A stretch of 64,000 nucleotides of DNA, taken from Phoronis australis. Taxonomy: Eukaryota > Animalia > Phoronida. The translations under genes were made by a program, and so were the position numbers. Shown here piece after piece: positions 22,941 to 36,869 of the stretch. The notes under the pieces are model-generated. The model had not been told where the DNA came from. It did not search any database and was given only the letters and a program-made list of their open reading frames with translations. The DNA lies in the NCBI GenBank assembly GCA_002633005.1, contig NMRA01000706.1, forward strand, positions 128,635 through 192,634, written 5' to 3'. Position 1 is the stretch's first letter. Each line of letters starts with the position of its first letter.

Positions 22941-25454
22941 TACATGTAAGTACCCCCAGCCTCCTTTATCAATTTTGCACATGTCAATAAAGTATAAATA
23001 TTCGATAATTATGAACGTGAACTTTTTCGGACCTTTTCGTAATGAACACAAACACATGCTACTCAAGTTGGTTAATTTTCTTTTCACTTTGTACTTCGGC
23101 TGCGGAGAATGCGCGGCGGTGGTGGTACATTGTACTTCTTGTTTAAGTAGCATTTGTGGTTTATGTTGAAATAGCGTTTGTTCATCAACTCGTACATACG
23201 ATAATGTAACAAAAATGTTACTCATCTCCATGTTGTCTGTGAAAAATATTTTAAATGAAAATTTATCAGTTGAATTTACAAATTATATGTTTAACTGCCT
23301 AAAACGTCAATTGGTGACAGAATTCTTGATAGTTGCTAACAAAAAATAGACATTACATGTATGCAATAAATAATGTTTTCTAACTGGTAGATAATTAGCG
23401 TTATGTAGGAGCCTCGGAAATGTCCAAATTTGGCTTACTTCGGAACATTATATACCTGAAATGGTTGTTCAGGTCCACGTTAACCTTTCAGATGCAATAT
23501 GCTTCTTGCGCGGTTCGCTAAAACGCTGTTCAGAATTGTTTTGAAATGTTCAATTTTTGCGGGAAGAACTATAAAATATAGGTTATTTACAATTTTCACG
23601 AAAAGCAAAAGCGAACACGAAATGATAATTCTCAGGATTTCTGTTTTAAGAAAATATATACTTTTACTGAGTTAAAGTTTGTAGTGTTGTCATTTATAGT
23701 GTTGTACATGTACAACGTAGATATTTGGCTAATAGTCTACAAGGAGCTATATGTACATAAGCTTACGATAAAGTTTAGTCATAACGATGGGAAATACGTT
23801 TTACAGAAAATGACATTATGGTACGCATATTTTGATAGACCGGTGCTACGAAAATGCATTTTTTTTTAATTCGAGACTGTCACATATTCACCAAATTCCC
23901 AGTCACCATTGCCAAATTTAGATACGCGTGATTATGCAATTGCGAACAAAGTAGCCATGCAGTTTAGAGTCCTCTGACACTCGATTACAGTCCCCTCGAT
24001 AGGATTTGACAAGCTGTCAAGGACTGGCAACCACAGCTACACAGCTACACGTAAATCTGCATTACGCCCTATTTAGCTTGATAAAAAGGAATATTGGAGT
24101 AGGCCTTTTGCTCTCTGGTAAAATCGGTCTCCCAATACTTATTACCGTGATAGGATTCTATTTCCGTTGCCAAAAAGAACATCGAAATCGTTCAGCGGCT
24201 AAAAAAAAACGCTTCAAAGTTTAATGAGGTATGCCAACCTTAAAACTGCGAATTCGAAAACGCCGTATGTACGCATAGCTTGTGATTGCCTGTGACCTGA
24301 GTCATTCTCCAATAATTGAAAATTGAATGATCGTGATATCATGTTTTACCCTCAATGTACTTCAACTGAAATCAACAGCTCAACGAAATGCAGCTTTCAT
24401 CAATTTTGCTGACGAGGACATAAATACATATGTTCAACAGACCAGCTCGGGTCACGGTCGAAATTTACGAGAGAGCAATAGCCTGCTTAGGTTTCAATGC
24501 ATGGCGATATCTCGTTCTAACTTCAGTGGTCTTGCCAACTCGCAAGAAACTAGCCCTACGGAAGCCCTTGACCTTTAACTCCTTACGCATCATCGTCGCC
24601 ATTATGGTGGTCTATTATTACCATTATCAGCATTTGCGTCATCATGCAGTGTGCTAATTGAAATTTTGCAGCTGAGGGCACGGAGTGCAACCCTCGCTAT
24701 GAGCATGTAATCCTCAGTACCCTCCGCAAAACTGTTACCACACAACGCAAAATTTGTTCATGCACACAGAATCATTTTCACGCGCATTTTCAGGACAAAA
24801 ATCATGCCGTGCGCGGTATATGTGAGCCTGTTATGGTTGTAGGCCTGCGTCATTTCCGTGGTAAGAGTTCTTTGTATGGAGAGTTCTTGCAGAGAGTGAT
24901 CATAACTGTTTGAGAGTGGTAGGTCTTTGGCTTCCGCTCCCGTGTCAAGTGGCTTTTAGGTCTGCGGTGATGGTTCCATTCACGCTGTCTCAATCCGGCT
25001 TAAAACGGTAGAAACATTTTAGGAAAATACATGGGACTCCACGAGGTGTTAATGCAGATTACGACTGGTAATCTCGTTAACAGGCTTATGTATTTTTAGT
25101 GTGAGCCTATCTGGGGTCTTAAATAGCGTAAGGATACCGTTGCTGAGAATCTTATCGTAGGGAATATTTTAGCACGAGAATCTTATGCAAGGCTTAAACT
25201 TTCATTCCGGAAAAGTTTACACCCGCGTCAAATTTTGACGATGAGGATAAGGCAGCGGCTCTCGGGTACATGTCGAAGGTCAGCTATACGATGAGATGAA
25301 TACAATGCCAGCATCTCAAATGCAATGTATTTACCCACAACCTTGACAAAAACAAGGTCACGCGTACCCTCGAGCCACCGACTGATGCGTTACAAGACGT
25401 GGAACAAAGAGCGCTGCAAGTGAACACTCATATATACTCGATATAGTCGGGCAG

Positions 25455-25860
25455 CCTGAATCAGCAATTTTAGTTTTGATGGCAAAGTAGAGTTAGAAGC
25501 AAGCAACCGTGTCCACAATAATTACAGTGACCCTCCCTTGAGAAGGCTTGCCAATCTGAAGTATGTACCGTTACCATGGTAAAGTATTTTGCTTGAAAAA
25601 ATCGTCAATTTCAGGTTTGGCGGCAAAGTCGTGTTATAAGCAGGCAACCATACCAGAAGTTACCTTTTTGTTGAAACTTAAAGGATTGTCGCCGAGCTGA
25701 ATTGGGTGTCGTTGACGTTGTAACCGGGTATTCCGACCACCATTAGTTTATTCTCGGTCCTATGAGTCATATTAGAAGTAGAAAACCATGGTCAAAGCAT
25801 TTAATAGACCCACCTTGGAGCTTAGAAGAGTTGCCAAGCTTGAATGTACAGTGTATATGG
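25455..25860. repeat. Highly degenerate ~140-bp tandem repeat x3
   Basis: GGCAAAGT...TTA(G/T)AAGCA.GCAACC at ~25481 and ~25622, with a weaker third copy at ~25762. Each is followed by a GAAG..TTGCC..CTGAA-like segment. Confidence 0.45.
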
Positions 25861-27138
25861 ATGTTATGGTATGACATGCACATCAACTTACTAAGCTGAG
25901 CACACCAAATAACGACCAAATTTTTAGAAATCCAAACAGCCTAAAGCGAACTGTTTGCTTTATGAATAATATATCATAAACCGTACAGAAATTTTGAAAA
26001 GTCAAAACTGGTTGCCAGGCAACTCGTGTGCGCAAACTTGGAAATTTCCTTTTTGAAAACATAAAAGCTGAGTACAGCTAATGTGATAGGTTTAATCACT
26101 AAAAGCAGAGACTTGTGTCAGGCATGTCAAAATCAATAGCACAAATTTTAAAAATTCAAAAATAGTTGTCAAAGAAACTAGTGTAATGGAGCCTACTTTA
26201 AAAACATAAAAGCTGTATCTAACGGAATGAATCAAATCAAGCACTTGTTTTTAGCTTTATCAAAGTTGTGACATAGTTACCTAATGCCACTACTATTAGC
26301 ATAATTTTAAAACCCAATGAAGCGTTGTCATGGCTGCGGATATGCTCGTTCATCACAAGCACTGACGACAAGTCAGATGGCATTGTTTTACGTGCAGAAA
26401 GGTTACAGTGTTTTTGCAATTAGAAGCACTTGGTCCTTTATCTAGCTTTTGGAGCAAATCAACTTCCATCCTTGCCAAGGTATATTATTCTATTATACAA
26501 TGATGTTCATCCTTTGTTCGAATGTGTTATAATTACAAATGACATCTATTGCAAACATTTCCTGGTATTGCCCTGTTATTTTTGAAGCATTTACAGTTTG
26601 GCTAGTAACACTGCCAGTCATGTACACGACTGTTTTATCTAAATGCTTAGAAATAGTTATATAGTTCAAATGGCGAAAATTTTGAGAAAAATTACCAAAT
26701 ATTTTGGCATGAAAAGGCTTTTTCCATCTTCCCAAAATATTTATATTGCCACTGATGTTTCCAAATCGCACTTTCATTATTCTCAAATACAATTTATTTA
26801 TTTTGTAATTTACTTCAGAAAATATAAATTATAAACTAATGCTAACCACAATGTGATTTTAGTACTTTGAACGGGTTTGGTAATTACGCTGCCCTTGAAC
26901 ATAGTTTTACAATGTACTTTCAGGTAAAGATATGTTTACATGTCCCTCTAATGTAAATACAATCTCTGACTCGCAATTCCCATAATGTGCTAGATTGAAA
27001 ATGGGTAAATTTGCAAAAGCGGCAAGCTGAAAGTTACTTCTACTCATTTGACATCAGCTGACTGTAAGGCCGAGTTCACGCAACAGTTTCACACTTGCCT
27101 TGTTTCGGGGCATTACAATATGCAGACCAAAACTTACC

Positions 27139-27285
27139 CAGTGGCGGATTAAGAGGTGGCCATGCCACCCCCCATAAAACTTTCCTAGATTCCATTTAGT
27201 AATTCGGGGGTGCAAATGTCTGATGAGGAAAATCCTGGCTAATACTCTGCCCTCCCCCTAGATTAAAATCGTGGATCCGCCCGTG
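27139..27285 (+). mobile_element. MITE with 5-bp TSD (TTACC), hAT5-like
   Basis: TTACC|CAGTGGCGGATT ... GATCCGCCCGTG|TTACC. Homologous to 36657-36798. Confidence 0.85.
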
Positions 27286-30200
27286 TTACCATTGATAAAA
27301 TCATATGTTTAGGTGCTTGCATTCGAAAATAAGGCTTGAAATTTTAAATGTTCTTAGGAAACGCATTATTCGGCTAAAAGACCATGGTCACTATTTTAAA
27401 CTTTACCACAAATGGTGTTTTGTTTTCGTATTTAATTCAATATTTTCGTGAAACTGTTTTACCCAGTCAAGACTATTAATTTTGATAGTAGAGGTCACGG
27501 CTGATTGGCTAGAAACACAAAGAAAAATAAGAACCGTCGTTCTACCCGAAGAGATGGTATGGGCTGGAATTCGCATACTATCCCATATTCGGGATCGTTG
27601 CATTCTTCAGAGTTCTCAGAAAATGCATTATTTCGCCTATAATTCCATGACCATACATACAGAATTTTTGTGCTAGGTTTGAGTCTCCATCTTAATTCTT
27701 CCAGAATGGTACAGAGGGCAAACCATTACTTCCATGTAAATCTTCAGAAAATATCCAATGTTTTGACGCAGCCAACCCCAGCCTTTTGTAATATGAAAGC
27801 ACGGGCCATCGGTATTTTCCAACCTCCTAACCAGCTGCAGCAAATTGACTATGCAAATTGCTTGGTTTGAGGTACAGTGTTTCGTCAGCAAATTTTAACC
27901 TTCAGTTGATTGTTAGAGGGAAGTAACATTACGAGATTAAATAACAAGCTCTGAATGTAGTGAAGTCAGAAAACACAACTGACAAATCCCATGACTTTGC
28001 CATCAAAATTGTACTTAGAAGATTTATTAAGTGGCTCATCACTAGGACTGGAACCAGTCGCAGCTGTTACGTTGCTAAACAAGAACGGTAAGTTCTACGC
28101 TTCCACACGAGCGTCTCCGAATTCTCCTTGCATTCGCCATCAGAAGTGTTTACTCGCCCTTGGGTCGTTGACTTCCATTGAGTTAGTGCAGTGATTCGAA
28201 AACTGTTTCTATGGCTACACTATACAGTAGCCGCACGTATCGTCGCCTTGGTTTCAGAGATGATTCATTTCAAGCGTTCATAAATAAATGAAAAGGCGAC
28301 GAAACGTAGCTGTAGTATTTTGTGAGAAACAGATATCATGTTATTAGCAATTTGACCCCACTTCTAAGATTAATAGCACATTATGTAAACCTGTAATTCA
28401 AGCAGTTTTTCGATATACAAGTTACGGGTTGTCTCTAAATTTGAAGAACAAACGAAAAAATAAAGACATCATAGATACAGTTAAAACAAAAGGGGTCATT
28501 TTTAGAGAGTTAAAAAGATAGTATTTAGTCCAGTTGTCGGTTTTAGTTACATGAAATAACGGATCTTCAAGATTTTCACATGGGGTCACTATGGAAATGA
28601 ATCCCGGTGCAGTTGAATTCTACGATCAGAAATGATTCAATGGCCGCGCCTCTAAATTCTCGTTACAGGCCAACCCCACTACCGGAAAGCAAAATACCAA
28701 CCCTGCGCTACAAATCCCGTATGAACAACGCACGCGCACCGAAAATGCTCCACGTCTGGTCATCAAACTCCATAGCCGGGAACAAACCCTCACGCGGGAA
28801 CGGACTTCGGTAAACGGGTATGGAGTTTTGTAGGTTACCGGGTGTCCAATTTCGGCGGCGCGCGCGTACAGTTAGGTGTGCGGTTATGGAATTTCTGTCG
28901 TTTGTCTGATGTTTGCTGCTGCATAGCTGTGGTTTAGGGGATTGCAGATGAAACTAAGAGGTACAGTCACCGCTCCCCCCCCCTCCGCTACCCCGAGCTA
29001 GAATACAGTCTTCCGCTGACTCATAGTCTTGGGCAAGCACATCGAAAATGCCTTGGTCACACGTCAGGCGACGCTCGGCAAAGCCAGCCAATTGAGTTCT
29101 ATCAACAAGGCGATTTTCATCAGATCGATCAGTTGCACTGATTAGTGATTTTTAACGCCGACACCCATGATCTCCAAATAATTGCCCGACTGTCGGCCGA
29201 AGTTCTGTCCCTAACTAGCCAAATCGCGTCGGAAGCTTTATGTGACTGCGACATAATTGCAAGTTTAGCATAATTATGCTTTGTCAAATACCTAACTTCG
29301 ACAGCAATTTTGGACTTGTTTTCTAAGTCGCAGGGAATTTTATCAATTTTGATCGTGTTGTTGTGTTTCGTCTGTAGATAATCCGACCTGACCGTATTGT
29401 TGTAAATGTTAAGCCACAATTTTTTTTCGTTCAAAAGAATGTCCTATTTAAGTGTACCCTAGAGTTTAATTCAGCTTGCTTCACCGACAAAAGGAAGCTT
29501 TTATAGAATGTCATTAACCGATGGTCCATAATGTTTATATTACATACAGTATTGAAGAACCGAGAATAACGAGCCAGCGCTGAATGATCGATAAGTGTGG
29601 AGCATTGTACGGACCTCAATACGCTGCAACGCATAGTGGATTGTGTGCAAGCAGCACGCAACCAAATACAAAGAATGGCTTGAGCGAAACCTTGTAATCA
29701 CTGAAATAGATCTTTTTGTTTGGCTTGTGTATAAGGCAGCAACTGGTCGTAAATTGTACATTTTCAGGCTCACCTGCGAAAGTGTAGAATGTTTTTTTCA
29801 CAAATATCGATGTTCCAAAGAATGCTAACAGACTAAAGCAAAACAAGATCGATATTTGGGCCAAAGTGACGAAGCGTAAACGAGGCGTAACTTAGGCGAT
29901 TGGCTATCAGTCCATAGAATCTTATTTTTCAAAATCCAATTGAAATCGCTCCAGTTAATGTCTTTGCAAATGCGAACTGTACAATCTGCTTGATCTTCAC
30001 GTCGATGCTTCTGAATCCACGGATGAAAAATCACGGTTAAACGTCACATTTCAGCTAGGCATGTCGTTATTCTCAACACTAAAGGTTGAAGATTTCCCGT
30101 CAGGCGGTAGTAATTCTTCACAGATACGAATCATTACTCTTGGGAGGCGTTCAATGACTAACTAATGACCGTCTCTTCGTACATGTCTCACTTGCTCTGA

Positions 30201-32334
30201 TCACTATCTATGATTGTACACGCTCCGTGTCCATATTGAATGAACATACAGTAGCATGTTACGGTAGTCTATGAATGGATTTTCAAAAAGTTGATAAAAA
30301 TAATGCTGTTAGCCTTCAGTCTGGATTAACGATAAGCAAATATTTATTGCAGAAATATACAAATCGCGTGTTATTTCGCAGAGCACTGTTTTTTATTATT
30401 GGCTTATGTGACACATGTCCTAGATGGGTGTATACGAGCATAAGCGGGCGCACGTGCACAGGCATGCACACACCAAACTGGTGACCACAACGTTCACTTA
30501 AACCTGAGAACGCGCAGACCCAAGAGATCATTATACGTGGCTGCCGTGGGTTACATTAGACGTGCATGAGAAACATAAGTTGTTAATGCTACAAGGCTGA
30601 CTATACTTGAATCGAGGGGTCGGAATTATTAACGTTGGGATACTGAATGCAGAAAGGCAACGAGTCTAGAAATTGCAAGAATTGCTTTCCTTTTACAAAC
30701 GAGACGAGAAAATGTCAACAACGTTCGCACGACATTCAATGGCGCACGTTTGCAGGCGACGAATTTAGAGTCCTCGAATGCAATGTCAGGCATGCGTCAC
30801 CTTGTTGTACACGAAATAATGCCAACACAATCAGCAATGCCAACCAATGTTTTTTTTGTGAGATCAACTTACCACAAATTTAGGAACACCGATGGTGATA
30901 ACTGGTAGTAAGACGATATCTCCTTCGATGATATACCACGCCCAGTGAATCGAAATCCTTGCAGACGACACTCACTGACTGCGACAATGAATGGGAGTCT
31001 CTCGCTAATACTCTCATGAGTCGAGAGATATTAATAAATTAATGATTTTACTATTGCAGCAATTTCCACCACGGGATCAAACTGCAAGTGTGAGTGGTTC
31101 GCGGAACAGGCGTTGACTGTATACCGAAAAGAAGAACGCGGTTTGAAATTGCACTTCTAGATCTACCAGGAGGGGGTTGAGGGTGTGTCACCCTCCACGT
31201 CAATAAATCTCCTCTCTTCCAGTGCCCTCTGTCTAAAATAGTCTTTCTCTTCGCCTGCTGCCACGTCCACCTTTACGAGTGAGCCCTACGGTGACAAAGT
31301 TGATCCACCATTGAAATATGAATCCATTACAAGTTACCAGGAAAACTCAACAACTCTGATGCATATATACATGTATATGTTATGCAATGTCTTTGATGAC
31401 TTGTCTTATTGGCTGGAGCCATATTAATAAACAGGGCTGCAGCAAAACCTTCATGAACTAGGCTACATACGTACAGGAGGTGTTCCACCAACTCCAGGCA
31501 GGCTCACCAAATAGTCAACGCGTGTTTTCATGCCTTTAAGTAGATAACTCTGTCAAAAATAGTGTCTGTTTCTGTCTTTGTTCTCATGCTTCAGGCTGCA
31601 TTTCACATATCCCGTCAATAGTTTAGAATTTATTGCTTTGTTGGTATCGAAAACAAGAGTTTTACTGCAGACATTGAAATAATTTGTGATGCCTTTCATA
31701 TGAAAATTATACTCATCTTTCTCAGAAATCTAGCCCCAAAATAGTGTTCATCAGAGCGGGGCGTCTCGCCCCTCCCCTGTGGGCAAATGTCACTTTCAAA
31801 CTGTTGCCTCTAAGGGATGATCCGTACCGGAGTTAACCGCAGGCTAGTCCAGCATGTACTCAGAACATTGTATTTTTGGGGACCAAAATATGGTCTAAAT
31901 ACACGGTGGCAAAAATATTTGGTGGGTGTATGGAAACTGCTCAAATTCCCCAGACATTATTCTCTTAACATGAATTGTTGGTTTCAATGAAGATTGCACG
32001 GTAATGGGATTGTGATTAAATTTCAATTTGTTGTACATTTCTTGGGGATGATTTAGGGTTCAACCATTTTTGCTCCTTGACGCGTTTTAGAAAAAAATTA
32101 TTGCGTGGCAGTTGGACTCATTGCGGAAAACTGAACGTTATTCACTCGCGACATCTGGTGTTTAGTTTAAAATACTACCTGATGGCCTTCTATCGTGCAA
32201 TTGCAAGTTGCATAAATTACATGTACATCGTACAGCTATTTATTTCTCGTCTATAACAAAACGATGTCTTAATTTTTTACCCTAGCAAATGTAAGGTATC
32301 GATGTTACACATGATTCCAGTTGGTGAATATATA

Positions 32335-32382
32335 TGTGTGTGTGTGTGTGTGTGTNGTGTGTGTGTGTGTGTGTGTGTGTGT
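32335..32382. repeat. (GT)n microsatellite
   Basis: Pure GT run containing one N. Confidence 0.95.
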
Positions 32383-33953
32383 TGCTTGTAATGTGATGAA
32401 TCGTGTTCACGATAACTAGATGAAACCACATGCCACATTACGGAACAGGTTATCGCTTGTTGGCAGTGTTAGCAATTCATGTTCAAATGCCCATTCATTT
32501 ACGTCATCTATTGATGTACAGATGTCCATGCTTGGTAGAGTTCAGTAACGCTTGGACCTACGCTTGGACCTCCTAAAACCTAGCCAAAATCACGCGTTCT
32601 CATTTAAAGTACACGGCAATGTCTCACGCAATCTCGCGAAGCCTTGCTTTTTGGTGACGCCCTAGCGTTACTGAATTCTGTCCTGGTGGTTTGGGCGGTC
32701 AAGCATGAGGTTTATCAGAGCGGGTGCATGGTATGGTACGATTCCGAGCACACGATTAAACGGCAGTCTTGGCTTATTTAATTGGCGTCGTTTAAAATTT
32801 TTGAGCCCGTGACACCTCATTAACAATGTAGTAAAAAAGCCTTCAACATTCAGAATGTGTGTATTTAAACGTAAATGAGATGCTAACGTATTCATAGTCA
32901 CAGATCAAAACCTGAATTGTCTTTTGAAAAAGCATAACGAGTGCAAATGCATGTTCGAAGCAAACGACATATTGATCACAATTACCCAAAACAGTCGCTG
33001 ATAACATAACTATTACCGGGGGGGGGGGGGGGNNNGGGGTCATGCTCAAATTGCGATTTAAAGAAGTTAAATCTTTTTAAGTTGCGTGGGTTTATCCTCT
33101 TTCAACTTAACCAAGTTGTTGAAAAAATACAAGGGGAGAAACTGTGCATGTCAAATTGTACTTTATAATTGGTCTGGAACTGTGGGGCATTAATATATGC
33201 CTCACAATTTTTTTCAACTCCACAGTTAAGGCCTCATATGTGAAAATGACCCTCATCTGCATAGTTTAAGTTTTATTGTTTTTATTTTATACAGTATTAT
33301 TGGTAAAATAGTAATGGTATTATTTACCTGTATTATTTGTTTCTAATACGTAACAGTGTGTATTATTTATATCATATTACGTTATATTACATTGTATTCT
33401 TTTATAACGAATTGCAAATTTTTAACTATATTTCTCATTTCACATATTTCTTATCTGGTTTTAACTGATTGCAGCGATTTTCACAGTTCTTCCATTTCCC
33501 AGACTGAGAACATGCTGGTACGGGCCGCCTATCGTAGTTTTATCCCCGAGTTGCGATTGGTAACATGTCACATAACGATACTGACGTCACTGTAAATAAC
33601 CAACTCACGGGGATTGCTAAGGAATCCTCAGTCAAGTCCTGCATTTGCTGCATATAGTGAGCAAGCTAAGCAAATAATTATTTTGTTAATTGGGAGTAAG
33701 GAACTGTTTTAAAACCACGAAAACTAAACACATACATGTATGTGGGAATCTCAACTGGTTTCATACTTTTTCAATGAGCTCATTTATTTATTGTGTTGAG
33801 AATTAAGATTCGTCGAACTCCTTTGCCACAATAAAACCTGTTCCAACAGCCACAGAATTTACATTGCGCAATTACAGACACAAAAATTATCTGTGCATTG
33901 ATTTTTGCTTCATTTGTTACCCTATCAAATTGTCAGAAGTTGACTGTGGGTTT

Positions 33954-34973
33954 AGTTTGAAAGGTAGCTATGCTTTGTGATTGTGCGTGGATAGAGAGAG
34001 AATGATTAAATCCAGTAATTGATTTATTATATAAGAATACATAACTAAAACAAGTGAAACCCTTTGTTACTTAAGTTGACTGACACTGAAGTAGAGTAAC
34101 CACGCTAGCACCCTCTGTAAGGATGACCATATACAGTCAAGACTTATCTGCTAAAAAGAGGTAGGACTCGACACTCGTTGGATGACACTCCTGTTGGCCG
34201 GACCTCGAACTAACACACACTGTCCTGCGACAGTTCAGTCACTTGCTGGCCAATGCTTTGTGACGCACTACAAGTCTGTAGAATCATTCTCCCTACATTG
34301 GTGGATTTAGAGAGGTCCCAGTACCACCCTCCCCTGCGGCAAGCAAAATGAAACAGCAACAGCGTGTAGCGTGAGGAAATATTAAGTGCAGTAACTAGGA
34401 CCGGTGGCGGATGAGGGGGGCTCAGACATCCCGGCCCCCGCAACTGTCGGGCCGCCTGTGCACATNAGTTTGAAAGGTAGCTATGCTTTGTGATTGTGCG
34501 TGGATAGAGAGATAATGATTGATTTATTATATAAGAATACATAACTAAAACAAGTGAAACCCTTTGTTACTTAAGTTGACTGACACTGAAGTAGAGTAAC
34601 CACGCTAGCACCCTCTGTAAGGATGACCATATACAGTCAAGACTTATCTGCTAACAAGAGGTAGGACTCGACACTCGTTGGATGACACTCCTGTTGGCCG
34701 GACCTCGAACTAACACACACTGTCCTGCGACAGTTCAGTCACTTGCTGCATGGCCAATGCTTTGTGACGCACTACAAGTCTGTAGTATCGTTCTCCCTAC
34801 ATTGGTGGATTTAGAGAGGTCCCAGTTACCCCCTCCCTTGGCTGCGGCAAGCAAAATGAAACAGCATCAGCGTGTAGCGTGAGGAAATATTAAGTGCAGT
34901 AACTAGGACCGGTGGCGGATGAGGGGGGCTCAGACATCCCGGCCCCCGCAACTGTCGGGCCGCCTGTGCACAT
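33954..34973. repeat. ~510-bp near-identical tandem duplication joined by a single N (probable assembly/haplotype artefact)
   Basis: 33954-34465 is repeated at 34467-34973, with the N at 34466 exactly at the junction. Confidence 0.85.
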
Positions 34974-35470
34974 ACAGTCGCTCTTTGTCCAATTCCCCGC
35001 AACATGTTGCCCCCCCTCCACCCCCCTCCCCCCCATATGCCCTATGCACAATAGGCTATGCTAACCACAGTCTATCGTGACACAACGACACTTGTAGACA
35101 GTATCTGACTAACCACAATCTTCTTGCTGATCACAGTCCCTTGTGACTCATCACGCGTTGGCAGTATATAACTTCCCACCATGCAAGTGGCAAGCTCGTT
35201 TAACTTCTGTTCGTTAACCCTTACCCTCGGCAAGATCCTCCTTAGAATCGTCCACGCGAGTTGGCTCTGCTGTACTATTTCTTCAGTACACAAGTCCTAC
35301 AGTTTCAACTACCAAATTCCATTTGGCTACTTTCCTGTCTTCTAAACAAATTATAATAATGCTCTTACTTAACGACTGGCGAATAAGAAACACATGATCT
35401 TATCTAATCATATCATTAGCTATTACAATCTGATCTCAGAAATGTCTAGAATCCTCATAGTGCAAGTGGG

Positions 35471-35541
35471 CATGGGCGGCGACCCATGGGGGGCTGGGGG
35501 GGACTACAGCCCCCACTTTTTCCACTGCTCCGCCGCCCATG
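35471..35541. mobile_element. 71-bp miniature inverted-repeat element
   Basis: CATGGGCGGCG ... CGCCGCCCATG termini with internal GGGGGCTG/CAGCCCC. TSD is imperfect. Confidence 0.6.
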
Positions 35542-36656
35542 AAGAGGTAAAACGTCTAAAATGTACCTATCAAAAGTACATGTAAATAATTTTGACCCCT
35601 GGAATGTGTTCCGACACGACTGGTTCATATCACCGAGAAAGTAATTTTTTTGATACTACATGGGCAAATCACAAATTAGTGCAAAGTAGACATACATACG
35701 CTTTACATTTTATCGTCTGCAAAACACTTAAACAACCACACGCGTGCCAACCAAACAATACCAGAATTCCAAGAAAGTGACAAGGTTGTGATTGACAAAT
35801 CGCGTGTCGCAACTGTACGTACTTGTACTCCCAGTCGGAAGGACATAAAAACAACTTCTTTAACGGACCCATCTTCGGCGACGAATTCCATATCCACGTT
35901 CATTCAAATTGAGACAAACCCCAACTCAATAAACGCGCGGCCATCCAGTCTAGCTGTGCTGTCTCAAGGTCAATTCAGGGCTCAAGCGCGGGAAAGCCTT
36001 GCTAACTTATTTATCAACATTTTTAAGTTTTGACGAAATTTCCAAGAGGTTTTGTCCATGTCATAAACCTGAGACTCGTGTAGGATTCTCTATATTATAT
36101 CGAGCACAAAAAAGCAATGCCACAAAACATTTCCAGTATTTGACATCTGCTCTTCATTTCCTCTGCTTCTCCTTTAATTCTCGAAAATTGTCCCTTTGCT
36201 GAACTATATTTGAGCGGACTCACGAAATGTCGTTGAGTTCCAGAAAATGCTGTTTGGAGTTCTAGGTGAGTCTATTCGCGGGCAAAACGAACTCGCCACC
36301 CTTTAACTTGAAAAATAGTGCACATGTATATCACTGAAGCAGCACATACATGTACACTGTGACAGCATATGGTTTGGCCCATCGTCCATTCTTCTAACCT
36401 TTGAAGGTTCAGAAACAAGGTGAGTTTTCGTATAAATTACAGTTACTGTTTGTTCACAAGTTTATCCAACGATATTAGTTGTATGAATTTTTAGTTACTA
36501 AATCGAGCGTCATATACGAAATACGCTGTGTCCCAAATCTCGTATAATCAACGGGTTCTCGCACTTTTGGCCATGAATGTGATATGGCGTATACATTGGC
36601 TTACGCTTGAGGTGTACTCTTTTGTGCATAAATGTATATATATATACAGTTGTATT

Positions 36657-36798
36657 CATTGGCGAATTTAGAGGGGGGCCAAGGCCCCCTCAAAATTCTC
36701 CCAGATTCCATTAGGCAGTGCGGAGGTGCAAATGTCTGACGTGCAAAATCCTGGCTAATATGCTGCCCCCCTAACTGAAAATCCTGGATCCGCCCCTG
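36657..36798 (+). mobile_element. MITE with 5-bp TSD (GTATT), hAT5-like
   Basis: GTATT|CATTGGCGAATTTAG ... CCTGGATCCGCCCCTG|GTATT. Same family as 27139-27285. Confidence 0.85.
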
Positions 36799-36869
36799 GT
36801 ATTTTGGCTCATTTTCACTCCAGTATATGAAACTTAAACTTACTTTATACAGGTGATGTTTCTCTGTTC

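Noticed and set aside
29616-29864. Signal-peptide-like ORF followed by a CAG|GTGAGC donor on the minus strand
   Set aside because: The frame has an upstream stop and no ATG or clear acceptor, and no downstream exons could be linked.
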